From the NCBI GenBank assembly GCA_020725105.1, contig DYFQ01000011.1, forward strand, positions 1,062-65,061: a stretch of 64,000 nucleotides of DNA, read 5' to 3'. This stretch comes from Symbiobacterium thermophilum. Lineage in GTDB: Bacteria; Bacillota; Sulfobacillia; DYFQ01. The translations under genes were made by a program, and so were the position numbers. The notes beneath the pieces were generated by a model that worked only from the letters and a program-made list of their open reading frames with translations, was not told where the DNA came from and did no database searches. Shown piece after piece: positions 13,006-24,276 of this stretch (positions are counted from its first letter, which is position 1; each line of letters starts with the position of its first letter).

Positions 13006-13470
13006 GTGCTTGCCACGCCCACCCGGGTCACTCTCGTAGCCGGCGCCGCCGAGGGGCGCACAGCCCTCAACGCCTTTGACGGCGCGCTCCTGGCGGCGGG
13101 AGTCGGCAACCTGAACCTGATCAAGGTCTCCAGCATCCTCCCGCCCGGCTGCCGGGTGGTAGCCGGGGCCGACATAGCCCCCGGCACCCTCACGCCGACC
13201 GCCTACGGTTCAGTCACCAGCCACACGCCGGGCGAGATCATCGCCGCCGCCATTGCCGTCGGCCAGAGCCGGCAGGGGTTTGGCGTGATCATGGAATACG
13301 CCGGCAGCGGCCGGGCCGGCGACGCCGAGCGGGTGGTCCGGGAGATGGTGGCCGAAGCCTGCGAGACGCGGGGTCTGGAGCTTGAAGCCGTCCACGCCCG
13401 GGCGGTGGAGCACCGGGTGGTCCGGCTGGGCTGCGCCTTTGCCGGCGCCGTCCTCTGGTACGGCGAGTAG
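13006..13470 (+). CDS. pdaD: Pyruvoyl-dependent arginine decarboxylase
   Basis: GTG at 13006 follows GGAGGAAAGG. TLVAGAAEGRTALNAFDGALLAAGVGNLNLIKVSSILPPG contains the PdaD self-cleavage Ser-Ser context. Length (~154 aa) fits the family. Confidence 0.8.
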   Translation: MLATPTRVTLVAGAAEGRTALNAFDGALLAAGVGNLNLIKVSSILPPGCRVVAGADIAPGTLTPTAYGSVTSHTPGEIIAAAIAVGQSRQGFGVIMEYAGSGRAGDAERVVREMVAEACETRGLELEAVHARAVEHRVVRLGCAFAGAVLWYGE

Positions 13471-13493
13471 GAGGGGCGGGGAGGGACGCGCCG

Positions 13494-14336
13494 GTGCAAC
13501 TCTGGTTCAGCGAGGACCAGACCAGACACATCCGGATCTCCGTCCGGATAAAGGCGGTGCTCCACCGGGAAACCACGCCGTACCAGGAAGTCATGATCCT
13601 GGACACGGTGGAGCTCGGCCGGATGCTGGTCCTGGACGACATCATCCAGGTCACCGAGCACGACGAGTTCTGCTACCACGAGATGATGAGCCACGTGCCG
13701 GCCTTCACCCACCCCCGGCCCCGGCGGGCGCTGGTGGTCGGGGGCGGCGACGGCGGGTGCGTGCGCGAACTCCTGAAGCACCCCACCATCGAGCAGGTGG
13801 ACCTGTGCGAGATCGACGAGGCGGTGGTCCGGGCCTGCCGGCAGTACCTGCCTGAGGTGGCCGCGGGGCTTGACGATCCCCGCTGCCGGATCCTGATCCA
13901 GGACGGCATCGCCTACGTCAAGGACTGCCGCGACCACTACGACGTCGTGGTCGTGGATTCCACCGACCCCATCGGGCCGGCGGTGGGCCTCTTCGACGAG
14001 GCGTTCTACCGGGCGGCGGCCCGGGCCCTCACCGCGGACGGCGTCTTCGTGGCCCAGACCGAGTCGCCCTTCTTCTTCCAGGACATTCTCCTTCGCGCCC
14101 GGCGTAACGCGGAGGCCAGCTTCGCCCACGCGGCCCTTTACTGGGGCGTGGTGCCCACCTACCCGGGGGGGTTCTGGACGTATACCATGGGCTCCAAGAC
14201 CGTCGACCCCGCCCGCCCCGACCCCGAAGCCCTCGCCCGCCGGGCGGCGGCGGTCAAGACCCGCTACTGGTCGCCCGAGGTCCACCGCCAGGCCTTCGTC
14301 CTGCCTCCCTTCGTGAGGGACCTGGTGGCGCGGTGA
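13494..14336 (+). CDS. speE: Spermidine synthase / aminopropyltransferase
   Basis: LWFSE..YQEVMILDT..GRMLVLDDIIQVTEHDEFCYHEMMSHV, VVGGGDGGCVRELLKH and VVVVDSTDPIGPA. Confidence 0.9.
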   Translation: MQLWFSEDQTRHIRISVRIKAVLHRETTPYQEVMILDTVELGRMLVLDDIIQVTEHDEFCYHEMMSHVPAFTHPRPRRALVVGGGDGGCVRELLKHPTIEQVDLCEIDEAVVRACRQYLPEVAAGLDDPRCRILIQDGIAYVKDCRDHYDVVVVDSTDPIGPAVGLFDEAFYRAAARALTADGVFVAQTESPFFFQDILLRARRNAEASFAHAALYWGVVPTYPGGFWTYTMGSKTVDPARPDPEALARRAAAVKTRYWSPEVHRQAFVLPPFVRDLVAR

Positions 14337-15277
14337 AAAGCCGCCCGGCGTTTCTGGGCTGCGCGGGGCCGGAAGGCCTGGCCGCGGCGCGCCTGGCCCT
14401 CCTGGGCGTGCCGCTGGACGTCACGGCCAGCTACCGGCCGGGTGCCGGCGGCGGGCCGGCGGCCGTGCGGGCCGCGTCGGACGCGCTCGAGGAGTACAGC
14501 CTGCACCTGGACCGCGACCTGGCCGACGTGGCCGTCTGCGATCTCGGCGACGTGATGCTGCCGGCCGGAGCGGCCGAGGCGCCGGAGGCAGCGCTGGGGC
14601 GGGCCGAGGCGGCGGCGGGGGCGGTCCTGGCGGCCGGGCCCATCCTGCTGGCCCTCGGTGGCGAACACCTGATCACGCTGCCTCTTTTCCGTGCGGCGCG
14701 CCACCGGTTCCCCGACCTGGCCCTGATCTGGCTCGACGCCCACGCCGACCTGCGCGAGGCCTACGAGGGCCGGCTTCTGTCCCACGCCACGGTGCTCAGG
14801 CGGATCTGGGAGGCGGCCGGCGGCCGCCGGGCCGGCCCCGCCGTGTTCCCGCTGGGGGTGCGGTCGGCCACCGCCGAGGAGGTCGGCTTCGCCCGGGAGG
14901 AACTGGGGGTCCGCCTGGAGCGCCGGCCGGCCGGTCCGGCCGGATACCGGGTGGGCTTCCCCGGCGCCGGAGGCGACCTGGCGGCGGCTCTGGACGCCGC
15001 CATGCCGGCGCTGGCCGGCCGGCCGGTGTACCTTTCGCTGGACATCGACGTCCTGGACCCGGCGTTCGCGCCCGGCACCGGCGCGCCCGAGCCGGGCGGC
15101 GTCGAGCCGCGGGCGGTCTTCGAGTTCCTGTACGCCCTGGGCTACCACCACCGGCGCGGCCACCTCCGGGTGGTGGCCATGGATCTGGTGGAGGTCTGCC
15201 CGGCCTGCGACCCGTCCGGCCGGACGGCGGTGCTCGCCGCCAAGCTGGTCCGCGAGGCCCTGTTGAGCCTCGGCTGA
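14333..15277 (+). CDS. speB: Agmatinase / ureohydrolase family
   Basis: GTGA overlap with the speE stop. [41 protein letters not shown] and [11 protein letters not shown]. Confidence 0.85.
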   Translation: MKSRPAFLGCAGPEGLAAARLALLGVPLDVTASYRPGAGGGPAAVRAASDALEEYSLHLDRDLADVAVCDLGDVMLPAGAAEAPEAALGRAEAAAGAVLAAGPILLALGGEHLITLPLFRAARHRFPDLALIWLDAHADLREAYEGRLLSHATVLRRIWEAAGGRRAGPAVFPLGVRSATAEEVGFAREELGVRLERRPAGPAGYRVGFPGAGGDLAAALDAAMPALAGRPVYLSLDIDVLDPAFAPGTGAPEPGGVEPRAVFEFLYALGYHHRRGHLRVVAMDLVEVCPACDPSGRTAVLAAKLVREALLSLG

Positions 15278-15332
15278 ATTCCCCGGGCCGGCTGCCCGTT
15301 CGGGTCTGGACAGCCGGGCGCGCGGTGCTAAA

Positions 15333-16922
15333 ATGAGTGGAGGCATGGAGCGGCCGCTCCGCCCAACATCCCAGAAAGGGAGCGCGATCAGGCGACCCGT
15401 GAGCGATGCGATGCCGGTGGGGGACGGCGGCCGGGCCACGCCGTCTCTCCCCTCCGTCCCGGTGGCTGCTCCGGAGCCCGCGGCCATAAGGCCCCGGCCC
15501 GCTGTGCTCAACCACGGCCGCCGGGAGTGGCCGGTCCGGCCGTGGCGCGAGGTTCCCCTGTGGCGCCACGTCTCCGAGGCCGAGTGGCACGACTGGCGCT
15601 GGCAACTGCGAAACCGCGTCACCACCCTGGCCCAGCTGGAGCAGGTCATCAGGCTGACTCCCGAGGAGACCGAGGGCATCACCGCGGGCACCGCCGTTTT
15701 CCGCCTGTCCATCACGCCCTTTTACGCGAGCCTGATGGACCCCGACGACCCCCGCTGCCCGGTGAGGCTGCAGGCGGTGCCGCGGGTGCAGGAACTGGAA
15801 CTCTCGCCCTTTGACATGGAAGACCCCCTCGGGGAGCACGCGGACTCGCCGGTACCCCTCATCACCCACCGCTACCCCGACCGGGTGCTGTTTCTCATCA
15901 CCGACCAGTGCCCGCTGTACTGCCGCCACTGCACCCGGCGCTGGTTCACCGCCCGGGAGAACCGGGCCCGTTCCCGCGCCGAGCTTGACGCGGCCATCGA
16001 CTACGTCCGCCGGACGCCCCAGGTCCGGGACGTGCTGCTCTCGGGCGGCGACGCCCTGAACGTGGGCGACGAACGGCTGGAGTACGTGCTCTCGCGGCTG
16101 CGCGAGATCCCCCACGTGGAGATCGTCCGGATCGGCAGCCGGGTGCCGGTGGTGAATCCCATGCGGGTCACCCCCGAGCTTTGCGCCATGCTTCGCAAGT
16201 ACCACCCGGTGTGGCTGAACACCCACTTCAATCACCCCAAGGAGTTGACCCCCGAGACCCGGCGGGCCTGCGAGATGCTGGTGGACGCCGGGGTGCCGCT
16301 GGGCAACCAGACGGTGCTCCTGCGCGGGATAAACGACTGCCCCGTCATCATGCGGGAACTCGTGCACAAGCTGGTGCTGGCCCGGGTGCGGCCCTACTAC
16401 CTCTACCAGTGCGACATGTCGCGGGGGCTGGAACACTTCCGGACGCCCGTCGCCAGGGGCATCGAGATCATCGAGAGCCTGCGGGGCCACACCTCGGGCT
16501 ACGCCGTGCCCACCTACGTGGTGGACGCCCCCGGCGGCGGGGGCAAGATCCCCCTGGGTCCCAGCTACCTGGTGAGCCAGGGGGAGGGCAAGGTCGTCCT
16601 CCGCAACTTCGAGGGCGGGCTTTTCGTCTACCACGAGCCCAGGCCCCGGCCCGGGCCGGCCGAGCCGCCGGGGCGGCCATCGGACGGCCACCGGCCCGGC
16701 CGGTTCACCGAGGCGGAGCGCTGCCCCACCTGCGGCACCGACCACGCCGAACTCGGGGTCGGCGTGGAGCGCCTGCTGGCCGGCCAGGCCGGCAGCCCGG
16801 TCCCGGGGGCCCGGCTCCGGACGGCCGGGCCGCCGGGCGCGGCGGGAGGCGCCACCGTATGGCCCCGGGGGCCGGCATCGGATAGGATTGAGCGGGAGGG
16901 ACCCGACGATGGGAGAGGTTGA
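15333..16922 (+). CDS. kamA: Lysine 2,3-aminomutase family radical SAM enzyme
   Basis: [19 protein letters not shown], the [11 protein letters not shown] radical-SAM cluster motif, LLSGGDAL, and the C-terminal [21 protein letters not shown] zinc-site-like segment. The start codon is uncertain (15333, 15345 or later). Confidence 0.85.
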   Translation: MSGGMERPLRPTSQKGSAIRRPVSDAMPVGDGGRATPSLPSVPVAAPEPAAIRPRPAVLNHGRREWPVRPWREVPLWRHVSEAEWHDWRWQLRNRVTTLAQLEQVIRLTPEETEGITAGTAVFRLSITPFYASLMDPDDPRCPVRLQAVPRVQELELSPFDMEDPLGEHADSPVPLITHRYPDRVLFLITDQCPLYCRHCTRRWFTARENRARSRAELDAAIDYVRRTPQVRDVLLSGGDALNVGDERLEYVLSRLREIPHVEIVRIGSRVPVVNPMRVTPELCAMLRKYHPVWLNTHFNHPKELTPETRRACEMLVDAGVPLGNQTVLLRGINDCPVIMRELVHKLVLARVRPYYLYQCDMSRGLEHFRTPVARGIEIIESLRGHTSGYAVPTYVVDAPGGGGKIPLGPSYLVSQGEGKVVLRNFEGGLFVYHEPRPRPGPAEPPGRPSDGHRPGRFTEAERCPTCGTDHAELGVGVERLLAGQAGSPVPGARLRTAGPPGAAGGATVWPRGPASDRIEREGPDDGRG

Positions 16923-17442
16923 GCGGGCCCGGCCCAAAGCGCCGCCCCCGGCGGACCTGGCGTACGGGATTCTCAAGCTTCACGGCCAGCCCATGCACTT
17001 CCGGGACCTGATGGCGCGGGTCCTGGAGGCCTGCGGCGGCCCGGCGCCGGGCGAACCCGGAGCCGCCCGGCTGGTGGCCGCCATCCACACCGAGATCAAC
17101 CTGGACACCCGGTTCCAGCACCTGGGCGCCGGGCTGTGGGGGCTGGCGGCCTGGACGCCCTCTCGCCGCCGGGCCCGGGTGAGCCCGGTGGGTGCCGGCC
17201 GCCCGGAGGCCCAGCGGCCGGCCCGGCGGCCGGCCCGGAGCATCCGCGACGAGTTGCTCGCCGAAGCCCGGGCCGACCAGGAGCTGGCCGCCTTCCTCGA
17301 GGACGACGAGGTGGAAGAGCTGGAGCCGGTGGAGGCCGACGACCTCGACGACGAACTCGGGCCCGACGGCGAGGGGCCGGAGCCGGACGCCCGGCCGTGG
17401 CCGGAGGCGTCCCCGGCCGAGCCGTCGTGGGAGGAGGACTGA
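16909..17442 (+). CDS. rpoE: DNA-directed RNA polymerase delta subunit
   Basis: HARE-HTH-like N-terminal domain ([50 protein letters not shown]) plus an acidic tail ([26 protein letters not shown]). The position immediately upstream of pyrG matches Bacillus synteny. Confidence 0.8.
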   Translation: MGEVERARPKAPPPADLAYGILKLHGQPMHFRDLMARVLEACGGPAPGEPGAARLVAAIHTEINLDTRFQHLGAGLWGLAAWTPSRRRARVSPVGAGRPEAQRPARRPARSIRDELLAEARADQELAAFLEDDEVEELEPVEADDLDDELGPDGEGPEPDARPWPEASPAEPSWEED

Positions 17443-17479
17443 CCCCGGCGGCGGTCGGGCCGGCGGCAGCAGGGCGGGT

Positions 17480-19480
<2,001 letters not shown>

Positions 19481-19495
19481 GGCCGGCTTCCCCGC

Positions 19496-19906
19496 TCACC
19501 CGACCACCTGGTGGCCCCGCCGGCGGTAGGCCCTCATCAGGTCGTCCCTGACCCGCTCCCGCACGTCCAGCCAGCCGCGGCCCACGGCGGGCCTGGCGAA
19601 GCGGCGGCCCGAGGCCGGGCACTCCAGGAGCTGCGACCCCACCTCGAAGAGGCGGCGCCCGCAGCGGGGCTCCGGGCAGAGCGGTCCCTCCAGTTCGAGC
19701 CGCGGGCCGCGGGGGCCGGGAACCACCCGGTGGCGCCACCGGACGCCGTGGCGGAAGAGGGTCCGCCAGGCCTCCGGCGGGCCTGAAACGGCGACCGCCG
19801 GCGCGGCCCACCGGCGCCAGGCCCAGCCCAGCAGGAACAGCACTCCCGGCACCAGCAGGAGTCGGGCCGCTTCCAGGTACCGTGGCGGTGGCACGCCGTC
19901 GAGCAT
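19496..19906 (-). CDS. Hypothetical membrane-anchored protein
   Basis: ORF only: one N-terminal hydrophobic segment (LLLVPGVLFLLGWAW) and a Cys-containing segment (CPEPRC..ECP). I recognise no family signature. Confidence 0.35.
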   Translation of the reverse strand: MLDGVPPPRYLEAARLLLVPGVLFLLGWAWRRWAAPAVAVSGPPEAWRTLFRHGVRWRHRVVPGPRGPRLELEGPLCPEPRCGRRLFEVGSQLLECPASGRRFARPAVGRGWLDVRERVRDDLMRAYRRRGHQVVG

Positions 19907-20024
19907 GGCCAGGAGCCTTTTGCCGCCGGCGGGCCGGGTTCCTGCCTCGCGGTCCCGGCCCGCGGCCGCTGCTTCGGCCTGGTCAGGCGGCGCCGTGCGC
20001 CACCGTGCGGGTCCGGCCCGCGGT

Positions 20025-20550
20025 CAGCACGGCGGTCCAGGCCGTGGGCGCAGGTCATCCGGTCGACCCGCTGGAAGCCGTTGTTGTGGCCGCCGGTGAT
20101 CAGCGCCTCCAGTTCCTCCCGGACCGCCTCGGGGCTGGCGATGGACTTCAGGTACTGGTAGCCGGCGAAGCACTCGTCGCCGCCCTCGCCGCAAAACACG
20201 GTCCGGAAGCCCGCCGCCCGGGCGACGGCCCCCGCCAGGTGCTGGGCGGCCGAGCGCCTCGGCCACCTGCCGGGCGTGGGGCAGGTCGCGGCTCTGCCCG
20301 GTGCCGGCGGCAAAGGCGAACGGGCGCTCCCGCGGCCGGTGCTCCACCAGGGCGCAGGCGACGGCGCTCGAATCGATGCCGCCCGAGAGGTAGAAGCCGA
20401 CCGTCTCGCCGGCGTCCCGGCGCCGGCCAGCGCCTTCAGTTCGGACGCCAGCCGCTCCTCGCCGGGCCGGCCCGCCAGGTAAAGCGGCTTCAGGCCGAAC
20501 GGGTCCCGCGCCGCCGCCCGGCCGCCTAAGCCGCCGCCGGCCGGCATACC
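20025..20550 (-). pseudogene. Highly eroded asparagine synthetase (asnB-like) relic
   Basis: AsnB-like fragments lie in different frames on the minus strand: RDPFGLKPLYLAGRPGEERLASELKAL; (FYLSGGIDSSAVACALV)EHRPRERPFAFAAG..HARQVAEALG; VFCGEGGDECFAGYQYLK..FQRVDRMTCAHGLD. The N-terminal glutaminase domain and the C-terminal third are missing. Confidence 0.55.
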
Positions 20551-20648
20551 GTGGGTACCGGCCGGCCGGCGACGGGTGGCGCGGCGCCTCGCCGGAACGG
20601 CGCCGGCGCGTGGCCGGCGGCTCCGGAAGGAGGGGGGCCGGTAGGCCG

Positions 20649-21752
20649 ATGCTCTGGTGGACCTTGCGGCTCCCCGCGCGGCCGGCGCTGCGGCTCGCCC
20701 TCGTGGTGTCGCTGGTGGTCTACGGGGTGCTGGCGGCCGTGGCCGTGGTCGACCGTGGCCGCCGGGTGGCGCTGGAGGCAGGGGGCCAGGAACTGGCAGG
20801 GCCGCCGGCGCCCGTCGCCGGCGGCCGGGCGACGGCCGTGCCCGGCACCGTCCGGGTCCCGCCGGTCACCGGTCCCGTCAGACTCCGCCTGGCCAGCGCC
20901 GAGGCGGGGAGCGCCTGGTACCTCCAGGCGGCGGCCGTCGCCGAGGCGTTGCGGCGCGGGTTGCCGGCCGGTTCCGCCGTCGAGGTGCTGCCCTTTGCCG
21001 GGGCGGTCGCCAATCCCGACCAGGTGGCCGGGGGCCGGGCCGAGCTGGCCCTGGCGCTGGACGCCACCGCCCGCCGGGCCTACTCAGGCGGCGCGCCCTA
21101 CGGCCGGCCCCGTGAGAGGCTCAGGGGGCTGGCCGGGGGGCTCGGCCGGGTCTACGCCGTGGTCGCCGTGGCGGGGCCCGCCGGCACCGCCGGGGAGTGG
21201 ATGGCCCGGGCCGCGCTGGCCGCCTACGGCGCGGGGTACCAGGACCTGGAGGACTGGGGCGGCCAGGTTACCCACGCCCCCGACCAGGTCGTCGCGGGGC
21301 TGTTGCGGGACGGCCGGGTGGATCTCTGGATCCACGTGGCGCCGGCCGGCGACCCGACCCTGGTGGAACTGATCGGCGGCGGCGGGTTCCGGCTGCTTCC
21401 CCTGGGGCAGCGGGCGGTCCGGCAGGTGGCCGCGGCCACCGGGTTCGAGCCCGCCCAGCTTCCGGCCGGAGCCTATGGCGGGCGGTCTGGCCCGCTGCCC
21501 ACCGTGACCGCCCACACCGTGCTCCTGGCGGACGAACTCCTTCCCTTCTCCGTCGCCTACGCCCTCACCCGGGCGCTGGCGGACGCCTGGGACCGGGTGG
21601 CGGCGGCCGCCGGCGGGGCGCCGGTGGGTCCCGACGGCGCCTGGCGCCAGGCCGTGCTGGGGGTACCGCTCCACTCCGGGGCCGAAGCCTACTACCGCGA
21701 GCGGGGCTGGTTCCGGCCGGAGTATCCGGATGTCATCTCCGAAGAGCCGTAG
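20649..21752 (+). CDS. TAXI-family TRAP transporter solute-binding protein
   Basis: ATG at 20649 downstream of GGAAGGAGG with a TM/signal anchor. SAWYLQAAAVAEALRRGLPAGSAVEVLPFAGAVANPDQVAGGRAELALALD and the C-terminal PLHSGAEAYYRERGW are typical of TAXI receptors. Confidence 0.8.
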   Translation: MLWWTLRLPARPALRLALVVSLVVYGVLAAVAVVDRGRRVALEAGGQELAGPPAPVAGGRATAVPGTVRVPPVTGPVRLRLASAEAGSAWYLQAAAVAEALRRGLPAGSAVEVLPFAGAVANPDQVAGGRAELALALDATARRAYSGGAPYGRPRERLRGLAGGLGRVYAVVAVAGPAGTAGEWMARAALAAYGAGYQDLEDWGGQVTHAPDQVVAGLLRDGRVDLWIHVAPAGDPTLVELIGGGGFRLLPLGQRAVRQVAAATGFEPAQLPAGAYGGRSGPLPTVTAHTVLLADELLPFSVAYALTRALADAWDRVAAAAGGAPVGPDGAWRQAVLGVPLHSGAEAYYRERGWFRPEYPDVISEEP

Positions 21753-23646
21753 CCCGGGCCGGGTGGCGGCGCTGGCCCTGGCCTGGGTCCTGGTCCAGCT
21801 TTTCTGGGCCGTGGCCGGGCCGCCGGAGGTGCTGGTCCAGCGGGCCGTCCACCTGGCCCTGGCCCTGGCCGTGGCCGCCCGGGCGGCGCCCGGACGCCCG
21901 GGCGCGCCGCGGGACGCCCTTGCCGCCCTGGCGCTGGGCTTTGGCGCCTACGTGTGGTGGAACGCCGGCCGGCTGGAGGGCCGGGTCTGGTTCGTCGACC
22001 CGCTGGCCCCGGCCGACGTCCCCCTCGGCCTGGCGGTGCTGGGGCTCTTGCTCTGGACCGGCTGGCGGCTGGTGGGACCGGCGCTCTGCCTGACGGCCCT
22101 GGCGTTCGCCGCCTACGGCCTGGCCGGCCCGTGGCTGGGCGCCCTCGTCCCCGCCCTGGGGCACCCCGGCGCGTCGGTGGCCCGCCTGGTGGAACTGCAG
22201 GTCTTCACCCCCAACGGCGTCCTCGGCCTGCCCACCGGCGTGTCGGCCGACTACGTGTTCTACTTCGTCCTGTTCGCGGCGGTGCTCGAGGCGGGCGGCG
22301 GGCGCCGGGCCTTCGCCGCCCTGGCCGGCGCGGGCGGCCGGGTGTCGCCCGTGGGCGCGGCCAGGGTCGGCATCGGCGCCGCCACGCTGATGGGCACCGT
22401 CAGCGGCAGCGCCCTGGCGACGGTGGTCTCCACCGGCGTGGTGGCGCTGCCGCTCCTGCGCCGGGCGGGGTACTCGCCCCGCCTCGCCGGGGCGCTCATG
22501 GCGGTGGCCGCCACCGGGGCCCAGCTGATGCCGCCGGTGATGGGGGCCGGCGCCTTCGTCATGGCCGGCCTGACCGGGATCCCGTACCGCGCCATCATCG
22601 GGGCCGCCGTCCTGCCGGCCCTGGCCTACTACGCGGCCCTCTACCTGGCGGCGGTGTTCCGCGCCCCGGCCGCGGCGCCCCCGGGCGGTGACGGCCCGGC
22701 GCCGGCGCCGGCCGGCGGCGGGCCGGCCGGACGGACGGGACGGTCCGGCGCGGGACCCGCGCTGGGCCTGACCCTGGCGCCCATCGGCGTGCTGCTCGCG
22801 CTGGTCCTGGCGGGCCGCCCGCTGATGGTGGCCGCCCTGTACGGGCTGGGGGCGGCGCTGGCCGCCGGGGCTCTCTCGGGCTGGGCCGGCGCGGACGCCC
22901 GTCCGGGCGCCGGGTTCTGGGCGGGCCAGGTGCGGCCGGCGGCGGCCGCCCTGGCCGCCGGGGCCGAGAAGGCGGTCATGGTGGCCGTACCGTGCGCCAT
23001 CGCCGGCACGGTGGTGGGGGTGATCTTCTACACCGGCCTGGCGCTGAAGCTCACCGGCTTCATCCTGGCCTGGTCGGGCGGCCGGCTGCTGGTGGCCCTG
23101 GTCCTGGCCATGGGGACCTGCCTGCTGCTGGGCATGGGCATGCCCACCAGTTCGGCCTACATCATGGCCGCGTCGCTCCTGGCCCCGGCCCTGGTGGCGC
23201 TGGGGCTGGAGCCCCTGGTGGCGCACCTGTTCATCTTCTACTTCGCCATCCTGTCCATGGTCACGCCGCCGGTGGCCCTGGCGGCCTACGCGGCGGCGGG
23301 CCTGACCGGCGCGGGGATGATGGCCACCGGCTGGGAGGCGTTCAAGCTGTCGCTGCCGGCCTTCCTGGTCCCCTTCGCCTTCGCCTACAACCCCGCCCTC
23401 GTCGGCCTGGGCACCCCGGCCGAAACCCTGTGGGCGGCGGCCACGACCCTGCTGGGAGTCGCCGCCCTGGCGGCGGGGGTGGCGGGCCGGCTGCGCCGCC
23501 CCTGCCGGGGCCTGGAGCGGCCGCTCTTCTTCGTGGCGGCGGCGGGGCTGATCATCCCGGGTAAGCTCGGTGACCTCGGCGGGTTGGTAGGACTGGTGGT
23601 CGCGTGGCTTTCTCAATCACGAAAGACAGAACACAAATGTCGATAA
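21730..23646 (+). CDS. TRAP transporter fused permease (TAXI-associated)
   Basis: 638-aa polytopic protein (many Ala/Gly/Leu-rich TM segments, AGAFVMAGLTGIPY, MGMPTSSAYIMAA). It overlaps the stop of the TAXI receptor gene. Confidence 0.85.
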   Translation: MSSPKSRSPGRVAALALAWVLVQLFWAVAGPPEVLVQRAVHLALALAVAARAAPGRPGAPRDALAALALGFGAYVWWNAGRLEGRVWFVDPLAPADVPLGLAVLGLLLWTGWRLVGPALCLTALAFAAYGLAGPWLGALVPALGHPGASVARLVELQVFTPNGVLGLPTGVSADYVFYFVLFAAVLEAGGGRRAFAALAGAGGRVSPVGAARVGIGAATLMGTVSGSALATVVSTGVVALPLLRRAGYSPRLAGALMAVAATGAQLMPPVMGAGAFVMAGLTGIPYRAIIGAAVLPALAYYAALYLAAVFRAPAAAPPGGDGPAPAPAGGGPAGRTGRSGAGPALGLTLAPIGVLLALVLAGRPLMVAALYGLGAALAAGALSGWAGADARPGAGFWAGQVRPAAAALAAGAEKAVMVAVPCAIAGTVVGVIFYTGLALKLTGFILAWSGGRLLVALVLAMGTCLLLGMGMPTSSAYIMAASLLAPALVALGLEPLVAHLFIFYFAILSMVTPPVALAAYAAAGLTGAGMMATGWEAFKLSLPAFLVPFAFAYNPALVGLGTPAETLWAAATTLLGVAALAAGVAGRLRRPCRGLERPLFFVAAAGLIIPGKLGDLGGLVGLVVAWLSQSRKTEHKCR

Positions 23647-23772
23647 AGGGGTCAACGCGAACCCTCGCCGCAGGATTTTGGAACTATGAACAACAATTAC
23701 CAAGTGTTGCGGGAGGTACCATGAGATCTAGGGGCGGTAATAGCTGGGAACTTGTTCGCAAGGAGGGGGAGC

Positions 23773-24273
23773 ATGGTTGCCGCGGCACGGGAACCGCGGA
23801 CCCTTCAGGATCGCGAAGAGAAACTCTTGGCCCTTCTTGCACGTCTGGGCTCGGTATCGGACGAGCTTCGAGCCCACTGTCTTGTGTACGTAGCCCAGGA
23901 AGTCGGTCTCTTGGAGTCTGTCTACGACTTCAGGTTTGATTTGACTGTTCCCTTCAGTCCTGAACTGGAACTAGACCTCATGCGGCTCGAGGCATTCGGT
24001 ATGCTGAGGAACACCAATACAGCTGCCTCGCTCGTCGTTACTGAACGGGCTAGGTCGTACCCGCATAGCAAGAATGTAGAAGCATCTCCCGCGCAACTGG
24101 AGCTGCTCCGCCAGTCTGATCTTCCCACTGTTAGCCGAATCCTCTACGTTAAGGCGTCTTACCGTACTCGTGATACGGCAGAGCTACAGCGACTAGCCCA
24201 GGCCAACTTTCTCGTGACATCTGAAGGAATTCGCAGGGGAATAGACGTTCTGGAGAAGCTAGTCGGCAGCTGA
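23773..24273 (+). CDS. Small YwgA/Panacea(DUF4065)-like protein, partner of the HD phosphohydrolase
   Basis: ATG at 23773 follows a strong AAGGAGGGGGAG. LRAHCLVYVAQEVGLLESVYDFRFDLTVPFSPELELDLMRLEAFGML resembles the KLQKLxY..FxFxxGPYSxEL pattern. The family call comes from memory and is not searched. Confidence 0.55.
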   Translation: MVAAAREPRTLQDREEKLLALLARLGSVSDELRAHCLVYVAQEVGLLESVYDFRFDLTVPFSPELELDLMRLEAFGMLRNTNTAASLVVTERARSYPHSKNVEASPAQLELLRQSDLPTVSRILYVKASYRTRDTAELQRLAQANFLVTSEGIRRGIDVLEKLVGS

Positions 24274-24276
24274 CAT

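Noticed and set aside
15318-15347. An extended -10-like TGCTAAAAT immediately before kamA.
   Set aside because: It overlaps the candidate start codon at 15333. No convincing -35 is present, and the GGAGG at 15339-15343 is only 1 nt from the next ATG. The promoter and start assignment is left open.
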